64,000 nucleotides of DNA from Podarcis liolepis (taxonomy: Eukaryota): assembly GCA_965112155.1 (NCBI GenBank), contig OZ218102.1; one strand, written 5' to 3'. Of this stretch, positions 36,690-49,700 are shown one piece after another (positions within the stretch are counted from its first letter, which is position 1; each line of letters opens with the position of its first letter). The notes beneath the pieces are model-generated. The model did not search any database and was not told the DNA's origin. It saw only the letters and a program-made list of their open reading frames with translations. Made by a program: the position numbers and the translations under genes.

Positions 36690-39065
36690 ATCTAAGCTAC
36701 TCGCTGATCATTGCAGTCCTACCATTTGTGTGTGTTTGTGTGAATTTGTGATGCATACATCCAACATCCTGCAGCTCTGCCCTATCTAACCAGCTTCAGC
36801 ATACCAGTTTACCAGGAAGCTGGACTACCTGTACGTAGTAATAGCTTTTGTGTCTTGTGAAAGCCTGAATCGCTAAGGCTGTTTTCAAACTTAGCAGGCG
36901 GCAATCCCAGGCCTGGCACCAGTAACCAACCAGGTTGTGGACTGGCTGAAGGGCCTCTCACCAGCCACACCGCCATGAAGCAGCTTCCCTGCAACGCCCT
37001 CCTCAGGTGGTTTTCAGAGGTGGCAAATGTAAGCTGAGCCCCCATCCACAGTGGCCACCAGTCATTTCAAGTAACCCAAAATGCCATGCCCCGGCCCATC
37101 AATCTATGAAATTGTAACTTATCCATCTTAACTGCCCTAGGTTTTGAAATCAGTTTTCAGTGCTGTGCGTGAAGTTTTTATTAGGCTGAAAACAGTCAAA
37201 AGAACCCACTGTGCATGTTGAAATAATAACCATACATCTCTCTTGATTATGATCTGCCTTCAGGCTTCATGTTTCTGCAAATATGTGAATAGTTCCCATT
37301 TAAAATAATCCTGTAAAAGTACTCCAAGTGGTAAGATTTTTAACTTGACACATCCTGAGAAATATGCACTTTCAAATATTTTTCAAGAAATGTTTTTCAG
37401 TGTGAACAATGAGGGAGAAAGCTATCTTGTAATGACTCATAACTGTTTGTGTGAGCACGCTGTTAATTGGTTACAGTTCAGTTTAGCATTACATTTGACT
37501 CTGTTTTGTTACGATGGCTGTAACTGAGTACAAGATGAAATATTATTATTCCCCTCGTACATGCTGCTCTAGCACAACTGTAAGCTCCTATCAAAGTGTT
37601 GCCCAACCAGGGAGAGAGAGAAAGAACCAGTTATTAACTATCAGTTTTTCTCCGTCTGCTTTGCTCATCTGTCTGGTATTTTCCTGTAATTGTATAAGCT
37701 CTGGAGGCCAATGTTAGAATTTTCGCAAAAGGGCTAATGATGATATTTGGACTGCAAAAGGCATCTTTTACTTTGAGTTTCTTTGCGGAAAAAATTATAG
37801 AAGCAGTCACAATGAGTAACGGACACTTTAACTAATAGGAAATAGAAAAACCCAACACATAGGAAAATTTAAAAGCAGCTGCAAAGACGTAAATCTTGGA
37901 GAAGATTGTGATGCATTGGCTGCCTTGCATCCATCTCTCACATGCCGCCCTTTAATACAGCATTTAGATAATAACTTTCCCAATGCCTCCTCTTTACAGC
38001 TGAGAAAGAGAGAAGCGGGTGGGGTGGGGGGGTGTTAACAATAATAATAGAAGAGCTCAGACAACGTCGCTGCTTTATGACTGCCTTCTACTAAGAGGCA
38101 TGCCGCAAGAGAATGACAGTAATTTTGAAAAGGGTTGTCAGTCAGCTGTATCACAGATGGAGCACTCTAATGACCTTCAAGGTCACAGTTCATTCGTCTA
38201 CATAATGGAATGAATAGGGAGAACTGAGTGCACAAGCTTTATTAATGAAGGAGCATAAAGAGATGGAGCCTCATTGGCTATAACTCAGGAAAGCTATATC
38301 TGGAAGAGGGCAAAAATGCTCTTGCTGCATGTTGACAACTTTATTCTAATCTCTAAATAAAAGAAGCCCGAATGAGCCACAACGCCAATTGTTTCAGAAC
38401 GCGTCAGCGAAGCTTTGCTTCCCGCCCACCCACAGACTTCATTTTATATATTTTAATAGGGGGGGGGGGGATTCATTTGGTAAGCACTGGTTTTAGTAGT
38501 GCCAAGAGATCAGGTCTAAAATAAGAGAGATCTATTTGTTATCTCTGTTTTTATGATGTTGTTTTACAGTGTTCATGTTGGTTTATACTTTGTGCATGCA
38601 CCATTTTAAAATCCTAAGTAGCTTAGAAATACTTTTTAATAAATAATAAATAAAAGTCAAGTCAAGCATGCTTGGGAGTGCGTGTTTTAAATATGGAAAA
38701 CAAATCTTAGATCTTTCTAAATGCCATTGTCAACACAGTGGTGGTCCTCTTAACTAAAAAAATGGCCTCAGCATAAACGCTGCCTGGTCAGCATATCAGT
38801 GGAGCCTATTTTATGCTGCCTGGTAACAAAATAAAACAAAGAATCGCCTATGACTTATTAAGACATTTGTAATTATACTTTTATGTTTACAATACTTCCA
38901 GGGTAGATGTCTGTGTTGAAATGTGATAGTGGCTATTAAAGCGTTTGGTGCTCAACATGATGGACAAGTTTGTTTCCGAGAGATGCCACTATGTCTTGGT
39001 TGAGAATTTTATGCCTTTCATGCTACAGTGCTTTCTTACACTTCTCCATTAAAATGTTTTATTAG

Positions 39066-41207
39066 GCATCATCGGAACAAGAGAAAGTTCAAGAATGTCC
39101 AGACCAGAAAAGCTCATCTGAGCTAACTGTCGCAGAGGAGATGAAGCTGCCTGTAGAAGAGTCCCAGGTTTCTCCACTAGATGTAACTGGGATGCCATCA
39201 TTGGAAAAGACAGACTTTGAAGAGGTCAGCTCAAACAGTGAGGAAGTCAAGGAGGAGATGTCATGCAAAGATTCTGTCTCAAGTGCTTTGGTGTCCCCAG
39301 AAGAAGATGAGGTCTTGAATTCCACAGTCGGGAAAATCCCCAGTCTGGCAGAGGATCCAGATGAGCCAAAGCAGGAACAAAGAGTTCACTGTCTCACAGA
39401 CGACCTAGAAAGTAGTGCCCAAGAAATTCCATTTAACAACTTCCCCACTATCCAACTCCCACTTCCAAGTCAAAGTGAGATGGAAGATGACAAACTCCCA
39501 GAGATGGCGGACTACATTGCCAACTGCACGGTTAAAGTGGATCAGTTAGGAAATGAGGACATACACAATGCACTGAAACAGAGTCCCAAAGTCCTTGTAG
39601 TACAGAATTTTGACATGTTCAAAGAGAAAGAAGTGCCGAGTTCCCTTAATGGTGAGCCTGGTTTCAGCTGCACACCACTGCTCTACTCCAAAGGCAACCC
39701 GGGCATCATGTCACCTCTGGCAAAGAAGAAGCTCTTGTCACAAGTCAGTGGGGCAACCCTCTCCTGCAGCTACCCTTACGGCTCACCACCACCTTTGATC
39801 AGCAAGAAGAAATTAAGCAGCAAAGAGGACCTGTTGTCAAGCATGCCACAGGCTTCCCATGCCTCTGGGATGGATGCTGCGGCACTCAGCAGGCCATCTG
39901 TGATCCAACACGTACAGAGTTTCAAACCCAAGAACTCGGACGAGAGGAAGTCTGCTAGTGAAGCCTACAGGCACGAACTGCTACTCAAGAAAACTGATTC
40001 TGAATGTTGTGATTTCACCAAACAACACCTGAGTGCTCTGGCCGAATCCTATGCACTAAAGTCGGAAATCCAGGACATGAAAGATAGAATGAATGAAAAA
40101 AGGGCGCTGCACCACTCCCACATGCCTGCTTTCTTGGCAGACTTTTACTCATCTCCTCACCTGCACAGCCTTTACAGGCACACCGAACACCACCTTAATA
40201 ATGAACAGACGTCAAAGTACCTCCACCGAGACATGTATAGAGATACGGAAGCCCTTTCCATGTTCCCTCAACACAAGCACCAAGACAAGCGAAGCCTAAG
40301 CTATCACCCGCCTCTACATCAGCCAGAGAAAAAGAGCCCCATGGAAGCCTCTTCTGATGATCAGCCGACAGATCTGAGTCTTCCTAAAAGTACTCCCAAA
40401 CAGACTGCAAAAGCTCTGGGGTCATCTTCCCTCTTGCATGCTTCGGTGGAGAGCAAAAGCATATCCCAGTTCCAAGCCTTGAGCGGCCAGCCTCTGAGCA
40501 TAGACTGCAACCCCAAAGCTTGTCGTGTTTCTCCAATGACGGTGTCGGCCCCCAAGAAGCACGGCGAGCCTCTTCTCAGGACCAACAAACAGCAGACCCC
40601 AAGGAAGATGGAGGGCATGGTCCACCCCATCCTAAGCCACAAAACCAATGCTCAAACCATTGGGGCAGCTCGGCCTCTGAAGCGCAGCCTGGAGGATTTG
40701 GACAAAGCCATTTCGGAAAAGAAGATCCGAGCCGTCTCGCCCCTGCGCTTACCAAAGGAAGCCCCTGCAAAAGACAAGGGTCTCGAGCAAGAGGCCGAGG
40801 GCAGCAAATCAGCACACGTCCTCCCTCCCGGCGGCATGCTGGAGGGCCACAAGTTTCCCCTCTCCAGCCCCATCTTCACAGGCTTGTACCCAGGGACATT
40901 GTGCAGCAGCCTGAGCAACCGCATCCCAGCTGGGTATTCTCATCCTCTACAATACTTGAAAAATCAGGCAGTGCTTTCTCCGCTAATGCAGCCTTTGGCT
41001 CTCCACTCGTTCATGGTGCAAAGACAGTTCCTTACGTCCCCTGGAAACTCACAGCAGCTTTACAGGCACTTAGCTGCAGCCACACCTGTAGGAAGTTCAT
41101 ATGGCGACCTTTTGCACAACAACATTTATCCTTTGGCTGCTATCAATCCTCAGGCTGCTTTCCCGCCTTCTCAGTTGTCTTCTGTACATCCGAGCACAAA
41201 ACTGTAA
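39066..41207 (+). CDS. ARID5B: ARID5B large terminal coding exon (about exon 10)
   Basis: ttttattAG|GCA TCA TCG GAA CAA GAG AAA (ASSEQEK) is in frame with the 688-aa ORF at 39141-41207. Contains MADYIANCTVKVDQLG, GNPGIMSPLAKKKLL, RPSVIQHVQSF, DFYSSPHLHSLY and PTDLS, and ends SQLSSVHPSTKL*, as in ARID5B. The five exons total 2697 nt, which is divisible by 3. Confidence 0.97.
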   Translation, partial: ASSEQEKVQECPDQKSSSELTVAEEMKLPVEESQVSPLDVTGMPSLEKTDFEEVSSNSEEVKEEMSCKDSVSSALVSPEEDEVLNSTVGKIPSLAEDPDEPKQEQRVHCLTDDLESSAQEIPFNNFPTIQLPLPSQSEMEDDKLPEMADYIANCTVKVDQLGNEDIHNALKQSPKVLVVQNFDMFKEKEVPSSLNGEPGFSCTPLLYSKGNPGIMSPLAKKKLLSQVSGATLSCSYPYGSPPPLISKKKLSSKEDLLSSMPQASHASGMDAAALSRPSVIQHVQSFKPKNSDERKSASEAYRHELLLKKTDSECCDFTKQHLSALAESYALKSEIQDMKDRMNEKRALHHSHMPAFLADFYSSPHLHSLYRHTEHHLNNEQTSKYLHRDMYRDTEALSMFPQHKHQDKRSLSYHPPLHQPEKKSPMEASSDDQPTDLSLPKSTPKQTAKALGSSSLLHASVESKSISQFQALSGQPLSIDCNPKACRVSPMTVSAPKKHGEPLLRTNKQQTPRKMEGMVHPILSHKTNAQTIGAARPLKRSLEDLDKAISEKKIRAVSPLRLPKEAPAKDKGLEQEAEGSKSAHVLPPGGMLEGHKFPLSSPIFTGLYPGTLCSSLSNRIPAGYSHPLQYLKNQAVLSPLMQPLALHSFMVQRQFLTSPGNSQQLYRHLAAATPVGSSYGDLLHNNIYPLAAINPQAAFPPSQLSSVHPSTKL

Positions 41208-44200
41208 ATCCTCCCTTGGAAAACAACAACAAACAACTACATTCCTTTTAGCCTGTGATGTCTTGCAAAATTTAAACAAAAAGCCGATTGTTTGTGTTAA
41301 CCAATAAGCAGTTTTGTCCCTCATTGCTGAAGGCTTCAGAGTTGATCGAGGGTCAAGCAAGACAGTCGATTCGCCTGGGCTTTGTTTTTTTACTTTGGGC
41401 TCCTGCATCTACTCCTCCGTGGTCATTTCACATTGCAAAGAAGGTTCGCAAAAGTATCTGTATCATGCGGAAAACAAGTGTCAGAGAAGAGCAGGGGGAA
41501 CATTAGGCTCCACCCCCCTTATCTTGGAGGAGAAAAAAGGTGTTTGTTTGTTTGTGTCCCCCCCCCTTAAAAAAGAGTGGGTTTTGGAGCATTTCAAGTA
41601 GAAAAAGAGGCAGGTCTGATGAGAGAGAAAGTGGAACAAGCAAATGATCTACGGATATTGCTTCTTTTGGTACCATTTTGTTTTCTGACTTTTCAGATTT
41701 CAAATCAATGCAATGTATAGCAGAAACTTAATAGCATTTCATCTTAACACTATCAAAACAGGAAAAGTAAACACTGTTCAATTACACTTTACATATCTGC
41801 TTCAGAAACAAAACAAAAGAATCTCCAGCGTCAAGTTCATTTGTATAATTTATGCAAGTTATTTTCAACTTATCCTGTGCTCTGTTTAATTTAAAAGAAC
41901 AGTCTCTTTTCATTTGCAACCTCTTTTTGGTAAAAGAAAAAAAGGCGCTGGTTATTGAGGGCTTCTTTTTTAAATGTGTTTATATTTTCCCCCTTCCTTT
42001 CCCCCTTTCTGCTTATGTTTTTAGAGCAGCTTTTTGGGTGGTAATGTCATTGTTTACAAAACAAAAGCATCCATTTTCAATGAACCTTTCCAACGGAGAG
42101 AGAAGCATACTGTAGATCACACAATTGCAGCTGAGTCCAAACATCAGTTCCTTCTCAAGCGACCAGATCCTTCAAAGGTGCTGAGCGTTCCCCTCACCCA
42201 TCAAAATGGTTCTCTAATTGTTCATACTTTGCTGTTTTACTGGCCACTGGGATCTGGTTTTCCTGTATCATGGTCTGTGAATTTGTTAAGAATTGTACTT
42301 AACCTTATCTAGGCTGTGAAACTGTCCTGCATACCAGAAAGGAAACATGCTTAGGAGACTGTGCTGGCAACAAGTTACTCAATAACATTGGAGTTCTAAA
42401 GAACCTTTATTGTGGGCTGTTAAGCTATTTCAAGAATTTCAGCCGTTAGGAGAGAAAGAAGGTGAAGCATTTTAGTTAAAGAGGGTCTGGATTCTGTGCT
42501 GCTGGAGTGAGATGGGTGAGAACGTATAAACGTTCTGAGAAAGATAATAGCAAGAAGCCGTTCCAAATCTGGAAGTCAGTCTTTTGAGGGTCACCTTTGG
42601 GCTATGAACTGGTTGAACTCTTGCTTGGTGGAGTCCTCCTACAAAGTGCTGAACATCCCACCTTCTTCCAGCAAAGTATTCTGACCATGTGGCTTGGACT
42701 CAAAACAAAAATGGCAGCTTAATCTACAAACCACTTAAGCCCGGTTTTACTTGACTTTGACTCTCTGGTCCTATTGAACAAAAGTTCCATGCCAGTGGCA
42801 TTTCTGAAGCCTGAGCCAGAGTACCCTGTTGACTCTCATGAGAGTCTTCCTGCTGAAAGCTAAAAATTGCCTTGAGATCTTTTGCTGGAATGGGCTAGGG
42901 TGCTCAGATCATTGCAGGGTCAGGACTGCAGCACAAAGGGCAGCAGCTGAAGTATAAAAGGGGATATATTTTGATGTGAGGAAAGGCTCAAAGAGCTGGC
43001 AGGCATGGCTCCACCCACTGACTTGCTACTGTGCAAGCTTGGAGGCCTTAGAGGAGCAGTCAAGGGCCCTTTTAGTGCATGCACACACCCCTTACACACC
43101 CATGGGAACAGCAAGAGTAAGAGTCCTACCCTTATAGACTGCAGCTGGCTGCTCACTCTCATTTGCTTCAGCCTTGGCTTGTGCATGAGCACCTGAGGTG
43201 CAAAAGGGAAGGTTTCATTCAGCCTGTATTGCTGTTCCTCTTGGGAGGGAAAGGCGTTCGAAGAGCCCTTTGTCAGCGGCTTGGAGTGAGCAGCTGAGGG
43301 CTTTCTAGGAGGCCTTTGCTGAAGCTTCCATTGCTGTTCACGCAGGGACAGAACCTTGGTGTAGAGAGCAAGCACCCAATGTGTGTAATCAGAACACTTG
43401 AAAGCTGGTGCTAAGGTAGGAAGCCCCAAGGACTGTGTGCTCTGCCCCCATCTCATATTCCTCTCTGACACCGTGTACCAGCACAAGTGATGTTTCCCAC
43501 CAGAGAGGGAGGAAATGTCAGGTGCTGCCGTGAAGCTGGCTTTGTTCAAATCCAAGAAACAATGCCAGCGTCCACTCGTTTTGGTTCCAGTGTCTCTCAT
43601 GGATTTGCTGAGTTTCCACCTCCCATTCAGGAAGCATCAAAGGCAGCCAAATCTGTTGAGGCTGCCCCATACCTCTCTGGCATCATCGCTGGCCACACAG
43701 CCTGGTCACGGCAGCCCACTGAGCACTTGGCTCAACAGCGATCAGCTTGAGTTGGTGGTGGGGCAGGTCCTCCCCATGAGGCTAAAATGCAGCCCCCCAC
43801 CCCAGTCACAAGGCGTAATTTGAAGAGTGACAAGTCCGTAAGTGAAGCTGGTGGGATTGGGTTTTGTCCATGGGGAAAATCGACCTACAACGATGTGGAT
43901 TTATTTGGAGGAACCTTTCTGTGCTGGGTCTGGAAGTATGGACAGCCACCCAGAGAGGCTGAACTTTTTGAGGCATTTTACAATGTGAAAATAGGTTGTG
44001 AGCTGAACCCATCCCAGATTGCAATTCAAATACAGTAATAATCAAAACTACTGGAAACTAGTGGAAACTACTTAAGCAACATCGTGCATGCATGCCAAAC
44101 ATCCTATATTGAAATTTCCTGTGATATGAAGCCAACTGCAATATATAATGTAACCTATTTAATATACAATGGTGGAAAAAAACAACAAAATAATAGACAT

Positions 44201-46770
44201 CTACTGTTAAAGATCGATGTTATCTTCAATTTAACGCTTTTATGTTCTTGTGGTAAAATTATATGAACTGATGATGCATAAGCAGGCTAGTAGACTTTAG
44301 AAGATAAATGTGCCAACGCCGACGTTTGCTTTTCTTTTTCCTGCTGTGCTCGGAGCATTAAAAAAAAAAAAAACAACAATCACATTCTAAGTCGATCAGA
44401 TGCCATAGAGGGCATTATTAGTATACAAAAAAATTGCACTAAACCTGACTAATATAATAATCAAGGTGGGGAGGGGGAAGGGAAGTTGGCAGGGTTGTAT
44501 AAGCCTGCAATGACTGTTAGAATTATGTGCCTGGTTTGGTAATCCAGGATGTAATGCATCTCTGATTTGTTTGGGATAATCTGCATGTAGGGTTGCCTGA
44601 TCCCCCTTACAGTAAGGGATGTCCCTTGTTTTAAAAGGATTGTCCCTCGTTTTGGAACAGCACACCCTTAGCAAGTCATTTACTGCATGCAGAGGTAGCT
44701 CCACATTGCTTACAGTGGTACGCCCCTATCCTACCCCTTTCCCTCCAGTAGAGAGGGTCGCACTGTGCACAAATCCTCTGGCACATACTTAGCTCCCCAC
44801 CCTCTTGAAAGGAATGGGGCTGCCCTCCTGCACAGGAGCTATGCGTGCATATGAGGGTACTTGACTGTCCATTTATTCCAAATCCCACAACCCTAGGATG
44901 ACTCATTTTTTAAAGTTTGATTTGGTAACCATACTGTTAAATCTTAACCTCGTGTGCTTATTTTGTAAGTCTCCAATTTCAGTTTCATGCATTGTTTTGA
45001 AAGTTGTTCGGACAGATCACAGTGCAGGGTTAATTGATTCCCCCCCCCCCTTTGTGTGTGTTCCTCTTGCTTTTTTCAATAGGAAGATTGGCTTATTTTT
45101 AGAAAGCTCATGATGCATTGGCCAAGATGAGGGTAAATGAAGAGCAATGAGGACATAGCTCATACCATTGGTGGGATGGGTTGCCTAAGAATGCTTTTTA
45201 AAAATCCATGATTTCTATTAAGTATTGCATTTTCCACTGGCAGAAGACTACTTTCTGTGACTTAAATGGGGCTTTGTTTGCTTTGTTTGAGTTCAAGGGG
45301 CCTTATTGAATGAAATTGCACAAGTTTTTTTGTTATTGGTAGATTGGTAAAGAAAACAGTATAATTGGCAACAGAGTGATAAATCTATTTACCATGAGTT
45401 GGTCCCAAGAAATGTTGCAATTCCAACGCACTCTGTTCAGGATTCATTAAAGATTCTGAAGGTTGATGAGATTAAAGACAAAGAAAGCCTTTCCCTCCCC
45501 TTGATAGAATTGTCTTTTTAGAAGCCATTGACATGGGGAGGGGTTTGTGTTGTGTGAGGCCTTTTGCAACCGGATTCTCACTTTAGTAATCAGAGGAGTT
45601 TCCCAATTCCATCTGAAGCCCAACATAAAGCTATGAAGTGTTCCTGGCTTGTTGAACTGCTCCATGAACCCTTAAGCACGCAGGCCGCAAGCCAATGAAA
45701 CCTGTGACTTGAACCCTGTTTAATATAGTACCTGGAGTAATGGGATTGTTACTGTTTCCATGGTTATTCCACTCCAGGTAACTTCTGTATCAAGAAAAGC
45801 TGAGAGTAATTTTGGCCCCATTTTACACGTTAGCTGGAATGGTGTGATAGTGTAGTTGTTCCTCCGCCACTCAGGGAAATGTCTCTCGGGTGATGCCTAA
45901 TTGTGTAAGCAGCCCTAACTGGGGGTGGCACAGGAGCAACCAGAGAGGCAGCAGCCATGCAAGAGTTAAAGAGAGCCAAAGTCACTTCTGTCTCACTGTT
46001 TTCTTGACTAGTCCCCATATGTTCAAGCTCTGTCCTATCTGTTGTGTGGCTCACAGAAGCCAGTAGATGGCCACAGAAATAGGTTGTGTGGTGTGTGCCT
46101 TTAAAGGGAGAGGTTGGCTTCTACTCACTCGTTATTCCATGTGATCCGATTGTACAGCAATGAGCGTAGTCAAGCCTGGCCCCATTTCACAATTCGTAAT
46201 GCTTATAGTGGGAAAATATTTCACTGATAATGAGGTCTGCAGTATTGAAACTATCATTATTGAGCACTTAACCGGTGTTAGCTGTAAATGTATTTGATAT
46301 TTTACATGTATTCCTCCCCTCCCATAGTTTTAAATATGGTCTAACAAAGGCAGCATAATCTACTAGCTGTTTATACTTTGTTTTGAGCGTTCTTTTGTTG
46401 TAAATAGTGTATACATTCTTGTGATTCAAGTTATTGTAGCTTATATGCTCTGTAAGGTGATTATTTGTATATAGAAAAAAAATGGCCCAGTAATATTATA
46501 TAGTTTTCCCATTTTTTAAAAGAATAAAAGGGTTACTGAGTAACCTTTCAAATTAAGTAAGTTTAAACACTACCAGAAAGAAAGAAAGAAAAAAAAGCTG
46601 AGCCAACTATAAACACTCAATTTTTGTATGTTTTCCAAATTGTATGTATTAATGCTTTTGATACTGTATTATGTGCCAATAGTTTCCCAATCACATAGCA
46701 AGCAAAGATATTTTGTACTTTTTGATCCACTGTAATATTTAATAAAAAATGTTACTATCTGTTTCCTTTT
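41208..46770 (+). other. ARID5B: ARID5B 3' UTR (about 5.5 kb, end approximate)
   Basis: Follows the stop codon and is largely free of young transposons. The AU-rich distal block ends in AATAAA at 46741 followed by a U/GU-rich tract. The end point is inferred, with no transcript data. Confidence 0.7.
46741..46746 (+). terminator. Probable ARID5B polyadenylation signal (alternative AATAAA at 46523-46528)
   Basis: AATAAA with upstream TGTA motifs and downstream ctgtttccttttatgttt. Confidence 0.7.
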
Positions 46771-49700
46771 ATGTTTAATACATTTGTAAACAGTTTTTTT
46801 ATCACCCAAGGGATTTCTGTATTCAACCCTTTTAACCTCTCAGCAACAGCAGTCTGGGGACAGCTCGGTCCCCATGCCGAGAGTCAGATGAAAGAAAGGC
46901 AAGGTCGCAGTTTATCGGGAGAGAGAAATTTGTTTACATATAGTCATCTTCATAGATGGAGGAATGGGGCTGGAGAGATCTGTGTGCATTGAAAACGAAA
47001 GATAACCTCTAGCCCAAAGATAGCTTCAATTTTATGACTAGAAAAGTGAAATTCTGCAACCTATAAACATTCTGCAACACAATTCACACATATTTGCATA
47101 ATCCATAGATTCCATAGAATTACTTCGCATAACTTATTCTGGTGTTGACAGTTGTGGGGAGATACTGTACTTGGTATTCTTTGATGGAAGTCAACGGATA
47201 AGAAGCTGACCTCCATTGATAACTTCAGGTTGAAGAAGAGATTTTCATGCTTTCAGAGGCATTAGAATGATCCTCCTTTAATAATGGAAAGGGGGATCTA
47301 ATTTGTTTTAAAGCTTAGCTGGCTAAGTTTACAAAGAGCTACATGTAAGCTGTAATGCGGGTCGTACCCTTTACTGGGTACAAGGGGATCCTCAGAGCAT
47401 TCCCAAAGGCAAATGGCAGGATTCCCTGCCTGCTACGCAGCACCATGTGAGTGTGGATCTAGTCTTTTAAGAAACAAACGAGGCTTTGTTCTTACGCAAT
47501 GCCTTCCATCAAAGGCTCTGAAATAACATGGTAAATATTACACAAGTATGTACAGGCAGTCAAACTGATGCTTGAGTAACCTGGATTTACCAAGGACCAG
47601 TAAGGCTAAGATAAAAGAGAACATTATCTCACATCATGAGTCAATCAGTGCGCTACACACACAAAATATTGACCAGCCTGACAGCACGCTGTCGGATAAC
47701 AACCCCAAATCAAATCTTCATTGTCTCAATTGCAGGGCTTAACAAAAATAATTACTAAGCACATTATTGTTAAAAACAAAGCAATAAAAAACCCCTGCCA
47801 TTACAGTATCAATAACTTATTCTCAAGAAAAAAAACACAGTGGAATCTCACCTCGATTAGTTTCCAGGTATTTGCTACTCCAACAGCAAGCCATGCCCAA
47901 AACAATGTCAGAAAATGCATCCTAAAAAACATCATTTCAAGGCGATCAGCAAAATTTAAGTAGTTACAGAATTACTGTTTTCCTAGGCCTTTCATGTTAA
48001 TAAACTCAGTACAGTACTGCAGTAAGATTAAACCATCTAATGATTTTGGGCCATGCAGTCTGATCACATCAATGGGCCCCCAAATTATTTGTCTTTTTTT
48101 TTTTTTTAATTCACTACATTTGATGCCCTACCTTTCTGCCAAGCATATGGATCTACTTCCCTTTCCTCCTGCATCAATCTTTTCTCTTTTTTTATCATCT
48201 TCAAAACAATGCTATGCTGCAGATTAGGCTGAAAGACCTCACTGGTTGCTGGATTGTGGCTATTCTGGTGCATAAAAAGTGGAAACGTTTGGCCACAAGA
48301 TGGCATCATGCACATTTTTTGCCCTGTGACCAACAAAAACACCAGCCAGCCAGACAGCTTTTGGAGAAAGACTTTTACCACTTCTTTTCTGAAACCTGTA
48401 ATCCTTTTCAGAATGTTTGATTCCCCAGACACGTTTTAAAATGTAAAGAACACCTCAATCTGGCGAGGGAAATCCATGTGCACAAGCAGCACATCTGGAT
48501 GCCACTGCACAGCTGTGGGCACATTCCCCAGCCCATCTCACAATGCTCATTCAGGCCTCATTGATATGACTGGATGCACATCCCTGTACCCAGAGCCACC
48601 CGTTGGTGTACACGGTTTGTTTCGCTCACATCTGGAGCTGGCCCACAGCCAGTCCTTTTAGAGATTTCTGAATGGGCAAGAGCTGGCCTGTTTAACCATT
48701 AAAGGCAGAAGAGACAGCATGCATGTGCTTAAAAAGCAACCGCTGCATTATTGCACACCTAAACATTCATTTGTCCACAAAGCGTTGTTTTAAAAGCCTT
48801 TTAACAAGGGGAGGAGGGGCTGGTATTTAAAATAGCGAATCATTCTGTGAAAAGAAACAGGCGGTGTTGTTTGGGAATTGTAGCTCTGTGAGGAGTAAAC
48901 TACTGTTTACCGCTCACAGAGCTACAATTCCCAGGATTGGGGGGGCATTAAATGCAGAGTATGTTTTTGCAGCTCAGGGACAGGCACTCATTATGTTCCA
49001 TTGCAGAAGCAAGAGCCTAGCTGCATCCCCATCCCCTTTTGTTTCTTACTTTTTAGGAACACACGAGTAGCTCTGATGGATCAGACCAAAGGCCCATTCG
49101 GAAGTGTGTGGGGGGGGAATGGCTGCTGTGTCCCTCCTCCTGTCCTAGCCAGCCCGTTCAGCATGCATCCCCTTCCCCCACCGCCCGTGCCCTAATTTGA
49201 AGATGAGACTCCTGGTCAGGGTTATTTTAGCAGTGCAGTGCCAAATGTGATGAATAAGTGGAAGTCTGTTCAAGGAACAGCAGCTCCTAATGACTGCACA
49301 GCAGCCAAATCTCTCTTTCTCTGTTGTCCAGTAATTCCCAAATGGAGAATCAAAACCGTCTATAAACAGAAACTGCTACAATTGCAGTTTTGCTTGAGAG
49401 AGAGCTTCCTTTGCTGCACAGATTAGGAACTAATGTAAAAATTTCTGTGCCTTTTAAAAAAAAAGAAAACGCCTTACAGCATCTGCCCTCTGTAGGGATT
49501 TCACATTCCAGCAAATGCTTTTGTTGCAGGATTTGGAGATGCTCTCCGACAAGCCCCGGGGCTGATGGTTGCCATTAGGAAAAGACACTTTTATTATTCA
49601 GAGAAGATATCATAGGATCGAGCTCTTTGTGCACCGCAATGTTTATTGATAGAAAATAGAAAGTTGGCCAGCGCAGTTATTGACTGACTGCATAAGGGAG

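Noticed and set aside
42920-43600. 226-aa antisense ORF within the ARID5B 3' UTR
   Set aside because: No recognisable homology, no splice or promoter context, and unremarkable composition. Probably a chance ORF in a slightly GC-richer stretch.
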